Positions 38,401 through 51,100 of a stretch of DNA of 64,000 nt are shown one piece after another. A program made the translations under genes and the position numbers. Positions within the stretch are counted from its first letter, which is position 1. Every line of letters begins with the position of its first letter. Location of the stretch: the NCBI GenBank assembly GCA_043228905.1, contig JBHGNT010000020.1, forward strand, positions 4,464,001 to 4,528,000, in the 5' to 3' direction. Origin of the DNA: Azolla caroliniana (Eukaryota; Plantae; Polypodiophyta). The notes under the pieces are model-generated. The model did not search any database. It was given only the letters and a program-made list of their open reading frames with translations, and was not told the origin of the DNA.

Positions 38401-39553
38401 CAGAATCAGGCCCTCGCTGTTACAAACAAACACATCTCATCATATAGTCTTCCTCACACCATGATCATGGCAGCTAGGAGGCAGCTCATGCAGAGGACAC
38501 AGATCATAGGTGTTGTTGTTTCTTCGGCCTGCGGCATTCATGAGGACCTAATCGGCTCCTCTACCCCTATTATTCGTTGTGGTGATGGACCATCTTCAGT
38601 GTTTCATGCATCTTGCTATTGTGTCCCATTCGAATACCCTCCTACTTCTATGCCATGGCAATGGCAGCGATTGTGGCGGTGATGGCGGCGGCAACGATAG
38701 CGGCGGCGGCAGTGGAGGAACCATGCAGCTGATCCTTCATTTACCAATAGTCTTCCATAGCTTAATGGATCCATCTCCAGAAGCAGGCACGATCTGATGA
38801 TTATCAGCAGAGAATGCAACATTGAGCATGTCTTTGGAATGTCCCACAAAACGTCGAGTCGTGGCTCCTGATTTTAGATCCTAGAGACGAAGCTGTCCAT
38901 CCCGGCGTCCCGAGAGAGCGAGTTGCCCATTTGAGGAAATGACGACATCCTAGACAAAATGTCCATGGCTAGTAAGACGTGGGAGGTCTCGTCTCAGGTC
39001 AAGGACTAGACAACCAAAGACTTGTCTCTGAAATCCGAGACACTCATATCAGTGTCGAGGATAGGGCAGACGCATGAGGACCTGAGTGTTGCTCTCAGAG
39101 TTAGGGTTTCCGCCATAACTACTGATCAAAGCTATGCGAGGACCCAAAAATAATGCAAAAGAGGCAAGCAGGGAGGCAAAACGTGACAGGCAAGGAGCAT
39201 CGAGTTCAGTGCATGATGAAGAAACGTCATAGGCAAGGAGCAAGTTGTGGGGAGGGCGGGTGTCACCACAGAGGGAGCAGGAGGCAGCGTGCTGAGCGAA
39301 CCTCTCGGCGATGGGATAACCCGCCATGGTAGAAGAGAATGGTAGAAACGGTAAGAAGAAGGAGAGCTCTTCTGCTCGCTTATGGAGCATCTTTATCTTC
39401 TTTTCATTGTGAACTTTACACGACCTCCTGGGATGGATTAGAACCACTAACACTCAATTGTAGGCTATGGATCTCTTGTCTTTCTGGTCCACTTCGCCAT
39501 AGCTATGCTCTACATCACTCTCTAACATAGAGACAAATAGACACATCTTGAGG

Positions 39554-39604
<51 letters not shown>

Positions 39605-40490
39605 GTGAGGGAAAAGGGAGAGTGAGGAGAGACTTCCTCTCAAGGGGGTCGTCCGTTCGGGCGCGCCAAAAGTGTTGTTGGGGTGGGGGGTGAAACCTAG
39701 AATGGCTTCACCCCCCTCCCAAGGGGATTAAGTTAGAGAGAGACCTAGAGAGAAAGACAAATACAAAATGACACAAAATGAGAGGGGGAAAATTGTATAT
39801 CCATTAGATGCCCCATAAGGGGTTTATATAATACATAACGTAACGGTAATAATGACCGTTACACTCTTGTCACATGCACATAATTGTGCATGTGCTCACA
39901 CATACTCATTCTTACATACTCATTTACTTTACACATACACATCAACCACATCATTACACATACCCTTATGCCTCCCCGTATATTCTTACGGGTAACAAGG
40001 ATTGCACATGATCACTCACATCCATTGGTGTTCCAGTCTCCGGTGAGGACAACACATGGTCACTCACACCCGTTCGTGTTCCAGTTCCAATTCCCGATGA
40101 GGACCACACATGGTCGCTCATGTTCCAAATCTCGGTGAGGAACGCACATGGTTGCTCACACCCATTGGTGTTCCAATTCCCGGTGAGGACTGCACATGGT
40201 CGCTCACGGCCGTTGGTGTTCGTGTCTTTGGTGAGGACCGCACATGGTCACTCACGCCTGTTGGTGTTAGTGTCTCCGGTGAGGATCGCACATGATCGCT
40301 CACATCCATTGGTGTTCCAGTCTCCTGTGAGGACAACACATGGTTGCTCATGCTCGTCGGTGCTCCAATTCCCATTCACCCCTACACTACGCTTTCGAAA
40401 AGGTGGTCGTAAAGGGGAGGATAATGTCACGACACAACGACATCAAATACATAGTTGGTGAGGATTGAACTTGCAACCTCACATCAATAA
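35444..40490 (+). mobile_element. Non-autonomous LTR element X, copy 2 (5' LTR 35444-35920, ~135-bp repeats at ~36300-36700, 48-bp array, PPT, 3' LTR 40425-~40490 truncated)
   Basis: LTR and internal similarity to 20714-22021; no PR/RT/INT motifs. Confidence 0.88.
37071..39997 (-). mobile_element. Non-autonomous LTR element Y (LTRs 37071-37380 and 39673-39997) inserted in the 48-bp array
   Basis: Direct-repeat LTRs TG..CA with perfect TSD AGGAT; orientation inferred from TATATAAA followed by a CT-rich tract on the minus strand. Confidence 0.92.
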
Positions 40491-41807
40491 GATGTGGTAC
40501 ATTCAGATGTATGGGGACCATACTAGACGACAACATTCAATGGTTGCCGATATTATGTGACGTTCATCGACGACTTCTCCAAGTACACTTGGATCTACCC
40601 TATGCAACAGAAGAGTGAAGTGTTCAGACACTTTCAAAAATTCAAAAATGAAGTCGAAAAGACAACCGATCGACATGTCTGATGCCTTGGATCGAACGGT
40701 GGCACAAAGTATTTCTCCGATGCCTTCACAACATACCTTCGACAAGAAGTAATTCGGCGGGAGTTTACTTGTCGACACACACCTTAGCAGAACAGAGTAG
40801 CTGAACGAAAGAACCGTCATATACTCGAGGTCACAAGGGCAATGATGAACGAGAAACATCTGCCAAAATCATACTGGCTGAAGTGGCGAACACGGCAATC
40901 TATCTAATGAATCGGTGCACAACATCCGGAGTGCACGATGTCACCCCCCACGAGAAGTTTTATGGGAAGTAGCCGAACCTATCCCACGTTAGGATATTCG
41001 ACTCGATTGCATACGTGCACATTCCTGACGAAAAGCGGCAAAAGCTAGATCCTAAGTCAAAGAAATGTATCCTTGTGGGGTACTCGCTCTAACAAAAGGG
41101 GTATAAGTGCCTCAATCGCTCTACCAAGAAGGTACGAGTGAGTAGGGATGTCGTATTCGACGAATTGGCATCCTAGTACATAGCTGAATCAACTCCCTCG
41201 ATCCAATCGAAACCGATTTCCATATAGACTCGGAGGAGGATGATCGACTAAGGCTCAGATCAGAGCAAAGTCCAATCTCAACCAGGTTGAGTGGACCACG
41301 GGAGCCTCTGTGCAACCAAAGCACGTCGCGGTCGATTTTGAAGCAGGACAAAGGAAAGGCCAAAATGCCTGAGTACAAAAACTCAAATGAGAACGCATCG
41401 GATCACTCACCCAATAGTGAGTATGGTGGACTGGATGTGCCTATCATGAGGTCACCAGGTGACACAAAGACTAGTGAACCACCGCATCACTCCACCTGAG
41501 AGAAGAATGTAGTCAGCCGATTCAACAACAATGACCACATGGCATACCATTATGCATTCATGATGAGCATAGCGATAGTCCGAGAGCCAGAAATGTTTTC
41601 CGAAGCTACCAGGGACCCGTGATGGGTCGAAGCGATGAATGAGGAGATGCAAGCACTCTCCAAAAACAAGACCTGGGATCTTGTTCCCTCTTCACCCCAT
41701 CAAAAGGTAATCAGATGCCGATGGATATTCAAGGTGAAGCACAATACCGACGACACCGTCAATCGGTATAAGGCCCATCTTGTGACAAAGGGCTATGTGC
41801 AAACACA

Positions 41808-42200
41808 TGGAGTTGATTCCGAAGAGATCTTTGCCCTGGTGGCAAAGATGACTACAATTTGAACGTGATCGTGCTTGCAACAGCAAAATGGTGGCACCTC
41901 CACCAAATGGATGTGAAGAAGGCCTTTCTATAAGGCGAGTTAGAAGAAGAGGTGTACATGATACAACCACCCGGATTCAAGTCGACCATGCATCGAACTA
42001 TAGTTGGAGTTGATTCCGAAGAGATCTTTGCCCTGGTGGCAAAGATGATTACAATTTGAACGTGATCGTGCTTGCAGCAGCAAAATGGTGGCACCTCCAC
42101 CAAATGGATGTGAAGAACGCCTTTCTACTAGGCGAGTTAGAAGAGGAGGTGTACATGATACAACCACCTGGATTCAAGTCGACCATTCATCGAACTACAA
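41808..42200 (+). repeat. 197-bp tandem duplication inside Copia E RT
   Basis: tggagttgattccgaagagatc..catcgaacta occurs twice. Confidence 0.9.
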
Positions 42201-43655
42201 TTTTTCGACTCAAAAAGCCTCTCTATGGTCTCAAGCAGGCACTGAGAGCATGGCATTTGAAGATAACGCAATATCTTCACCAATCGGCTTTCGAATGTCC
42301 AAGTCCGACAATTCTCTGTTCATTTGGAATGACCTTAGAGGATAGCTATTCATCATAATCTATGTGGAGGAGATCATATGGGGGACATCGAACATACCAA
42401 GAAGCTACTCTTCGACTGATTCGAAATGACCGACATGAAGGAGCTACTTTACTTTCTAGGGATAGAAGTAATTCAATCTTGTCTACAAGTTTGGGATGAC
42501 AGAGTGTAAGCTTGTCGCTACCCCTCTTGATCAAAATTTAAGGCTAGATGTTGATTCCTGCACAGAAGAATGTGAGCCGACTTTCTATCATCAACTAATC
42601 GGAAACCTTATCTATCTCACCATCACTCAACCTGACCTCAGCTATACAGTCGGCCTCCTTAGCTAGTTTATGCAGACACCACAAAACGTTCATCTAGACT
42701 GTGCTAAGCAAGTGTTGCGCTATGTGAGTGGGACAATGGATTTCGGCATTCTCTACAAATCGGGCACACCAATTCGACTCGAAGGGTATACCGATGCCGA
42801 TTGGGCCGGCTACAAAGCCGACAGATGATCGACATTCAGATTTGTCTTCTCCCTTGGTAGCGGTGCCATATAATGGAACAACAAAAAGCAGCCGATAGTA
42901 GCACTGTCAAGCATAGAAGCCGAATACAGGGGGGCGATTGTCGCCGCATGTGAAGCGATTTGGCTAAAGTGTATATTGAAGGGTTGGGGTGGTCCCATCA
43001 AGGATCCGATTCTCCTATATTGCAACAACATGAGCAACATCCACTTGACCTGCAACCTAGTCTTCCATGCTCGGACTAAGCACATTGAGGTGCACTACCA
43101 TTTCATTCGAGAACGTGTCCTGGCCGAACATAACGTCCTACAACAAATTAGCATGACCTTGCAAATGGCCGACATCTTCACGGAGGCCCTAGGAGTCGAC
43201 AAGATGCGACAGTTTGTGATGAACCTCGGTCTCTCGATCACCGACTAGCTAAGGTTGAGGGGGAGTATGAATAAGGAGCTACCTGACACGATGACATGAA
43301 GACGTCGAATGAAGTAGTACCGGCCATCCAAAGCTGAAGCCGATTTAACCGAATCGAAGAGATCAAACCAACTTTTTGGTGACCGGAAGTTATGTTTGAA
43401 GGGGCATGTTGCGAATCAAACTCAACTTCCCCGGTGTGGGAACACACCACCACCTAATATAGTAACTAGTGTGTCATAGAACTATAAGATTCTATGACAC
43501 ATATCTAGTATAGTTAAGTCTCCACCTCTCTTTGTAAGTGGTAGTTGTAGAAAGAGAAGGTGACTATATAAGCACCTTCTCCTCCTTCTTGTGTTGGTTG
43601 GTTCATTCTTGTACTCTTACTCTTGTTAATACAGTTTTTCCTTGTTTTCTGTATA

Positions 43656-43704
<49 letters not shown>

Positions 43705-43785
43705 ACACACAACACACAACACACAACACACAACACACAACACACATCTCTTCCGTTGCACAGAATCACTTCCCGATTCTTTACA

Positions 43786-46700
43786 AGAAGTAACCCATGT
43801 GGGAATTCACTCGGAAAAACATCACGAAAATCATTTAAAATTTCATCTAGTTGTTGTTCAAAATATGATAAATGACCTGAGACACTATCGATATTATAAA
43901 CGTGAATGTTCGAATCAAGTACACAATAAAATAAAGAAGAACAAGACAACTTGGATATTGATGGAGAGGAAACAATCTCTTTTGATTGTTTTTTTACACA
44001 TTGAATAAAATGAGTACCATCGTCCAGGACAAAAGTAATGGAATGGTGAACCAAATCAATAGATAAAGAAGGGTTTTTATTATAAAACTAGGGATAACCC
44101 ATTATTACATTAGTGGTACAAAGATTCATTATATGGAAGTCTACTTCCTCTATATAAGTATCAATAGAAATTCCTAATGAATGAATTGCCTCGTTGATGT
44201 ATTGTACTCTTCCATTAGCCAAGTGAACCAAACGATCCTTCACAAAGTTGTGTGAGCTTCCCGAATCAAATAAAAATTGTATGGGAGATCCATTGATATA
44301 CCTGTTTGCATGTAGTAAATCATTGGGTCCCAATACATAGTGAGGGAAAGAACATTTACAATTACTTAAATGATGTGTATAGAGCTCAAGGACATCAAGA
44401 GTCTGACCGTTATGGCCTGCAACTTTTGTTTTATTGTCGTGATCTTTCCATTGGAGCTTTCGACATTGCCCTTTTGTATGACCCTTCTTTTTGCAGAACA
44501 CACAAAAAGGATTTTTTTGCTTACAATCCCGATCCATGAATTCGTCGGGTGTCTTGCATTTCCCAGCGAATTGCGACTGCTTAGTCCTGGGCACTTTGGG
44601 TTTGTTATGGTCCTTCGAAGTGCGTTGACAATGAAGAACTATTTCAACCGTCTCATCGAAGGATTTGGGATCCTTATCATGCACTATCCAATGATAGTTC
44701 GAATTGGGGATGCCATTGACGAAACAAGCTATCAACCAATTGTCCCCTTCAAGACCTGATTTTTGAATTTGGATTTTAGCATCATGTATGTAATCTTCTA
44801 GTGAGGAAAACTTCCAGCTAGAGAGGTTCATTAAAGCTTGTGTTGCCTCGGTTCGAGATGGAGGTTGTAGAAATTGACATTTGAAAAATGTGACAAAGTC
44901 TGTCTAGGAACCAACATATGCAATCTTCATACTATCTGGTTTGGGATAGAGCTGAAAATGAGACTCCCATCGGCCCAACCATGTGCAGATTGCTTCTTTA
45001 GTTCTTTCCTTTTTTTCTCCTGTAAATGGCTTTACAACAAATGATGGTTCACCTTGGTGCTCATCAGGTCTATTAGTATCACGTTGTATACTAATGATAC
45101 GTGCCTCAAGAGCATTATGAGATTTCCGAAGTTCAGAAATCTCGTGCAAGATAGAATTAACGAAATTTTGTATTTGTAAAAAATACGACTCAATGGGAAT
45201 TGGCCTAGGAGGATTTCCTTGAATTCCTTCCGCTTGGGTGGATGCCATCAGGTCATTATTATGAGCAATTGAATGATAATTTTTGGCAAAGAAATAGGAT
45301 AAGGTCAGACAAATAGTCATAATATCATGTCGTGATGTAAACATATCATGGGCAAACATTAATCGATATCATGATCTCACGTCAATACCCCTCTAGATGT
45401 ATGGGATGAGGTTCAAGATCAGGTTATTATGGTAACATAAAGGTGTTTTAAAAACCATGGGGGTGACAAATGAATGTATTTCCCTGATCTCTATATAAAT
45501 TTTTTCATGGCGGTTCCCCGAGGCTCAACCATGTATATTTGCGTAATGAATAGTTTATACACGAAAAAATGTTAACAATAAACTATGTCTCTTTGCCCAC
45601 TCATGTGGCTTCAACTCTTTAAGTCCTATTACGAGGACCCGAAGTGCACTTAGACCTAAAGTCTAAATATGTTTTATAGTCATATGTATCAATAATGTTG
45701 TGTGGTCTCGGTCATATTTGAATTCAAGACCTCGAGAACAAATACATCAAACACTTGAGCTAACGAAATGGTTTGTTGCTTTTGAATGTTTAATATTTAT
45801 GGATGTGAGAGATATGTGAAGGCATGTACTCATATATGTTTCTTAAAACAAAACATATATTTCTAGAGTCCTTATTTCTCCCTCGTTAACAAGAAAACTA
45901 TGTTGCTACATTACCACCCAACCTCAACTCTCATCATTATGATGACATACCCCAAAGTGCAACTGAATGGTCAAGCCACACAAGCCCTCTTTTCGTAGTA
46001 TGCCCACGTGGCTCATCACATGGTTACGTCATTACGAATTCCTTCGATAATGATGATCTCATGGGGGCATCGTAACCATGTAACGAGGGAGGGATGTTGG
46101 ATGCATGTGTCATAGGAGTGACCTCGCATGAAGTGGATCAAGCTGTAACGCTCACAACATCATTGTGACTATGCTTGTGTCGTTGTTATATATTACAAAA
46201 TCGAACTGACCAACGAGCATAACAACAACAAAAATTTGTTAAAAAAGGATGGTGACTACACCATTCTCACAAAAATGTGAAGACGATCACCAAGATCCTT
46301 ACTTTGAAAGAAAACCATCAATCAAGTAATATCACATTCATAATAACTAATATACACATATGTAAATTTATGACATGTACATGATCAAATACGTATACAC
46401 GTGATTACATATGCATATATTATAGAATCACTAACATAACATAGCCACTGCATGATGTAATCGAGATACATAATCGAGGCATATAGCCTCTATGCACACA
46501 AAACATCCAAAAGAAAGGTGAATGTAATACACAATTGAAGTATTTACCTCTTACACATATGATACAAATTGCGTATCAAATACATAAAAATTGAGCTATT
46601 GACCTCATACGCATACGTAACATATGTATGTGAATGTATAATCAATTGAGGTATTGACCTCGTATGCATATGACACAAATCACATATCAATTATTTGTCA

Positions 46701-47432
46701 ATTGAGGTATTGACCTCATGCACATATGTAAACGTTTTACACAACCAGTTATTACCACGACAACATAATTGAATCAATGAGATTATTACACTTAGAATTA
46801 AACATGATTAGAATGGGAGAAGAAAGAATAGAAAACACAATTAAGAAAAGAATACCGAAGTTCTTTTGTCGATGTCTTTCCGGATCAAGCTCGACCGCAC
46901 ATCGATTAATGACTATCCAACAAAAACAAACCAATCAATCAAAATAAACATTAGAAACATGGCTTTGATACCAATTGTTAGAGCTAGATCGTAATGTAAG
47001 CATGAGATAAAGATATAAGAGATAGATAGATAAGAAAGGAGAGAGAGAAAGAACGGTGACGATCCACCTGACACTCCCGAGTGAAGGGATTGAGACGGAC
47101 TTGAGCCTCAATTAGCGTCCCATACCATTGTTGTGCCGTCAAATCATACCTGGTACTAGCGCACTCGATACAAGAGTTTGATCCACCACAAGGACAGAGT
47201 CTCGATGTAGTCAAGAGATATGAAATGAGGGTAGCTAGGCCTCATATTTATCGCCAAATCTAAGGCCCCTAGGCAAGTTCACACTTGGCCTTAATGGGTT
47301 GTCTCAATCCCAAGGATTAAAGGTAATCATTCCCTTCTTTACACTCTCGTTTAACCCTCACACTTTATCCACGTGTATAGAGTACTATGGTATAATCTTA
47401 CCATGGGATATTATATGGTCATGCCCAGAACA
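43786..47432 (-). mobile_element. Chromovirus 5' part: 5' LTR 46976-47432, iMet PBS 46962-46973, long leader, gag, PR, start of RT
   Basis: CVFCKKKGHTKGQC, FLFDSGSSHNFV, DFRDVFPSEFPHGL; LTR similar to 22823-23279. Confidence 0.87.
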
Positions 47433-47481
47433 TAATGTAAGCAACTTTTAGAGCTAGATCATAATGTAAGCATGATATAAG

Positions 47482-48163
47482 TGTGAAAGTTAGTGTGCGG
47501 AAGGTTAAACAAACCAACTCAGCCGGATAGCAACAAAAAATAGAACTAAGGTTGAATGGAAAGCTTGAATTACACACAGAGAGTACGCCCGAGAGAGATA
47601 GAGAGAGCAGAGCAATGTAAAACTCGAATTACAAAATATTACTCTGTGCATACAATCTGCTTAGAGAGAACTTTTGTACAAGTCCTTAAAAGGACTAATA
47701 GAAGTACTGTCAAGTACTTCAATGCTTGTGTTGACCTACTAATACTAACTCCTAGGATAACTACCTAGTAGTCTAGGAGTGTGGACATCCAACGGCCTAC
47801 CGGTTGGTAAGTGGGTTTGGCTCTCCAGTCAGGCCCTTTGATCCGGCTCTTGGTTCTGGATACCAATCCGGCCCGGGTTTACTCAGTCGATCCAGATCAG
47901 GTTGAGCTTGTCTGCTCAACACTCCCCCTCAAGAGCAACTTGAGATCGGATCTTGGTGTAAGTCTTTGCTGATCCTTGCAGTCGGCTTTTCTTGGCGTCT
48001 TCTCGCCTTAATCGTGGTCCTCGACCCGTCTAGTTCCGCGTCCAACGACACATCTAGTTCTGCGCACCTCGACCTTGTTGGTCAGCTTGTTTGCTCAAGA
48101 GGCTCATCTTAGCTCCTTCACTCCTATGACTTTGGCGCTTCTTGACTCGCCGGTTCCTCCGTG
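47482..48163 (-). mobile_element. Copia 3' LTR (47482-47921), PPT and 3' UTR
   Basis: PPT ctccccctcaag 47922-47933; LTR starts TGTTGAGCAGACAAGCTCAAC on the minus strand. Confidence 0.8.
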
Positions 48164-51100
48164 TGTTACCGGCTGGCAAGAAGGCTTAAGGAGGTCCAAA
48201 CCAGAGGGTGAAAAGGAATAGTTTATTCGGGAACTGTTGTAATTAGTAGTCTTAATATATATATTAATATATGAGAAGATGTGGACGGACGGACCGGAAT
48301 TGGTATGCCGATCCGGATCCGGACCGATCCCGAAAAGGTGCCGGTTGGTACCGTTTTGTATTTCGCACCGGAGACCTATATAAAGGCCCGGTTACAATGT
48401 AATCGGGAGAAGATAATTAATAGAATGTATTGCCTTAATCTTTCAGTATTGATTACCGTTCTGTACTCATTGTTATATCTTACGCGTGTTAATGATGTGT
48501 TGCTAAGTAATTGATTAAGGTCTAATTAAACGTTGTGTCATAAGTCATCCTGCCATAACACCCTTTGGTAAAGTGTCTTAAGTGGACACCCTGTGTTAGG
48601 CTGTTGTCCGACCCTAGGATTAACACAGTTTTTGGCGACCACGATTCCTGCACAATCGCAGTGAACAACGGCGAGAATGGATCACTAGGCCAACAGACGA
48701 CCTGGTTACAGAGAGAGCACGAAGACTTGCTGAACAACGAAGGCGACGGGAGGCTTTCCAGCAAGCAGAAGAAGAAATCCGATCGAATCGATCATTTTCC
48801 AAAGTGATCCTGAAAATGGCGAAGGAGTCGCTCCGTTTGCAACAAGACGCCTACCCGGACGAAGGAAGCAGCTTAAGCAGCCTCCGGGAAGCGGAATCCC
48901 TTCTCCAGGCCTTGGCTAGAAGAGACGGCGAATCCGAAGCATTTTTAGTACTAGAATCGGATTCGGAAGGGGGTTACAGTGCGCACACGAACTATTGCAG
49001 CAGTAATGACACCGTAGGAGGACCGGAGGACGAGGAGTCGGATACATTACCGACACCGGAACCAGAGTTGTCAGATCGGGAACCCTCGACACTAGACATG
49101 GAGCAACCTCCGGAGACGGAAGAAGACAAAGGACGACCTCCGACACCGGAAGTCGAGCCGGCAACACCAAAGCAAGACCGGCAAAGACCTCCGACGCCAA
49201 CAGAACAGCAGGAAAGACCACCGACACTGCTAGCCCATGTACCAACACTGAACGACGACATGCCGTTCCAGTACTCCAAGTATAGGGATGACCCGGATGC
49301 GGAGACTCATGTTCACGCGTTTCAACAAACATGGGAGGCAAACCATGTGTCACAACGGTTAACCGCGGCCGAAGAGGAACGATCTAAGATAGCCAAATTC
49401 GGCGTGACATTGGAAGGACCGGCCACCAGATGGCACCGGACGCAGGACCCCACCACCATCACCACCTTTGCGGACCTGAAAGATAAATTCTTGCACTCCT
49501 TTCAGAAGGAGGTGGACCAGAGAGAAATGGTGGGCCTATTTTATACCATCTGGCAGGACCCCGAGGAAAGCATTCCGCAGTTTGTCATTCGGTTTGAACG
49601 GATGCACAGTCAGCTTACCTGCGCACCTCCGGAGGAAGAAACACGGGCTATATTCTTAGCCGCGCTCCGGGAACCTCTACGAACAATATGCACGGTCATC
49701 AACTTTCGCACAAGCACCGTCGACCAGGTCATCGACTGGGTTAGAGAAATGGAAAAAACGAGCTCTTGGCTAACAATGGGAGCCTCCAACGAGCGTTACC
49801 AACCGATGAGGATCTCCGGTTCCGGCAAGCAATCCAATGCACGACCTGCTTGAATTCCGGACACTCGTCACTGGAGTGCACCATGCGGACGCACTGCTTA
49901 CTCTGCCAATCTACGAGCCACATGATGGACCGGTGCGAATATAACTTATTGAATCGGCAAGCACTACCAGTCCGGCAAATCGAGCCACGTAGCAGCCGAG
50001 ACGAAGAAGATGAACACTGGCAGCGAGAGGAGCGATATCGACCGGCACAGGATGTCCGGTACGAGGATCGATGAGACACCTATGACCGGTACAAGAGATA
50101 TGACAGGTACCGAGATTACAATGGACGGTACGAGAATCACAATCGAGATCACTCCCCCGGGTATCACCAACGACGGGAAGATTACGGGAGAGATGACGAC
50201 CAACCCCGTCAAGGGTACCGCAACAAAAAGAACTTTAATAGAAAATGGCATTTCAAAAAAGGGAGCCACCCACGTGAACCGGAAAAAGGCGCCTCAAGAA
50301 GCCAACCGGACCAAAGCCCCGCGGTTACCATGGGTCCTCCACCGGGTACAGGAAACAATGCCGAATCCAGCAATACCCGAAAAGCATATTGCTATTATTG
50401 CCGGCAAGAAGGACATTATAGTAATCAATGTCCGGCAAAAAGCTATGACAAGCGACCGATAGTAAACATGGTAGTCGCCAAAGTCGCAGACCTGCAACAG
50501 GTTACCACAAGGTTGAAGGGCAAGACAACGGAATGGGAGACACAAGAGGCCATCCCGAAGCAGGCAACGAAATGGGTGAAAAAGGAAAATGAGCGAAACG
50601 TAGTAGAACTTGCGCAACAAAAGGAGAACACCGAAGAGCTCGCCAGCGGGAGTCAGACTGAAAATGCGACATGACAGGCATTGCAGGAGTGCCAAATCAC
50701 GCTGCCATTAGGAAGGCTCCTGCAACTGGTGCCCAGATTCACAGAAGGACTCAAGACAGGCATGACGACTGGAGAAACACCACCGACACCAACATTCTTC
50801 TCAAATCCGGAGGAGGGACCGGCGGTGGTAGACACAAACAGTCCGGCGATCACGGCCATTGTGAAGGGAAAGGAGTTACTCGGAACAGTAATAGATGGAG
50901 GATCCGACGTCAATGTGATTAGCCTCCGAACATGCACCACCTTGGGAATCCAAGAGTGGGAACCATGCCCGTTCTGGCTACGGATGGCGGATACAAGCTC
51001 AGTACGACCGACCGGCTTGATACGACATTTGGAAGTAACAATCGGCGGCCACACATTTCGCATCTCCGAAGTAATGCTACAATTACAGGCACAAGGAGCT

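Larger units (their letters stand above)
24346..43785 (+). mobile_element. Degenerate full-length Copia E (5' LTR 24346-26740, interrupted; PBS 26741-26752; gag, PR, INT, RT, RH; 3' LTR 43407-43785) hosting several nested insertions
   Basis: WGNLKKIF gag, WFVDSGASNHMT, VHSDVWG, HQMDVKNAFL, ARTKHIEVHYHFIRE; related LTRs; no matching TSD (cgtaa vs agaag). Confidence 0.88.

Noticed and set aside
45940-46162. TGATG..CATCA segment as a possible solo LTR or MITE
   Set aside because: No TSD and no second copy in the window.
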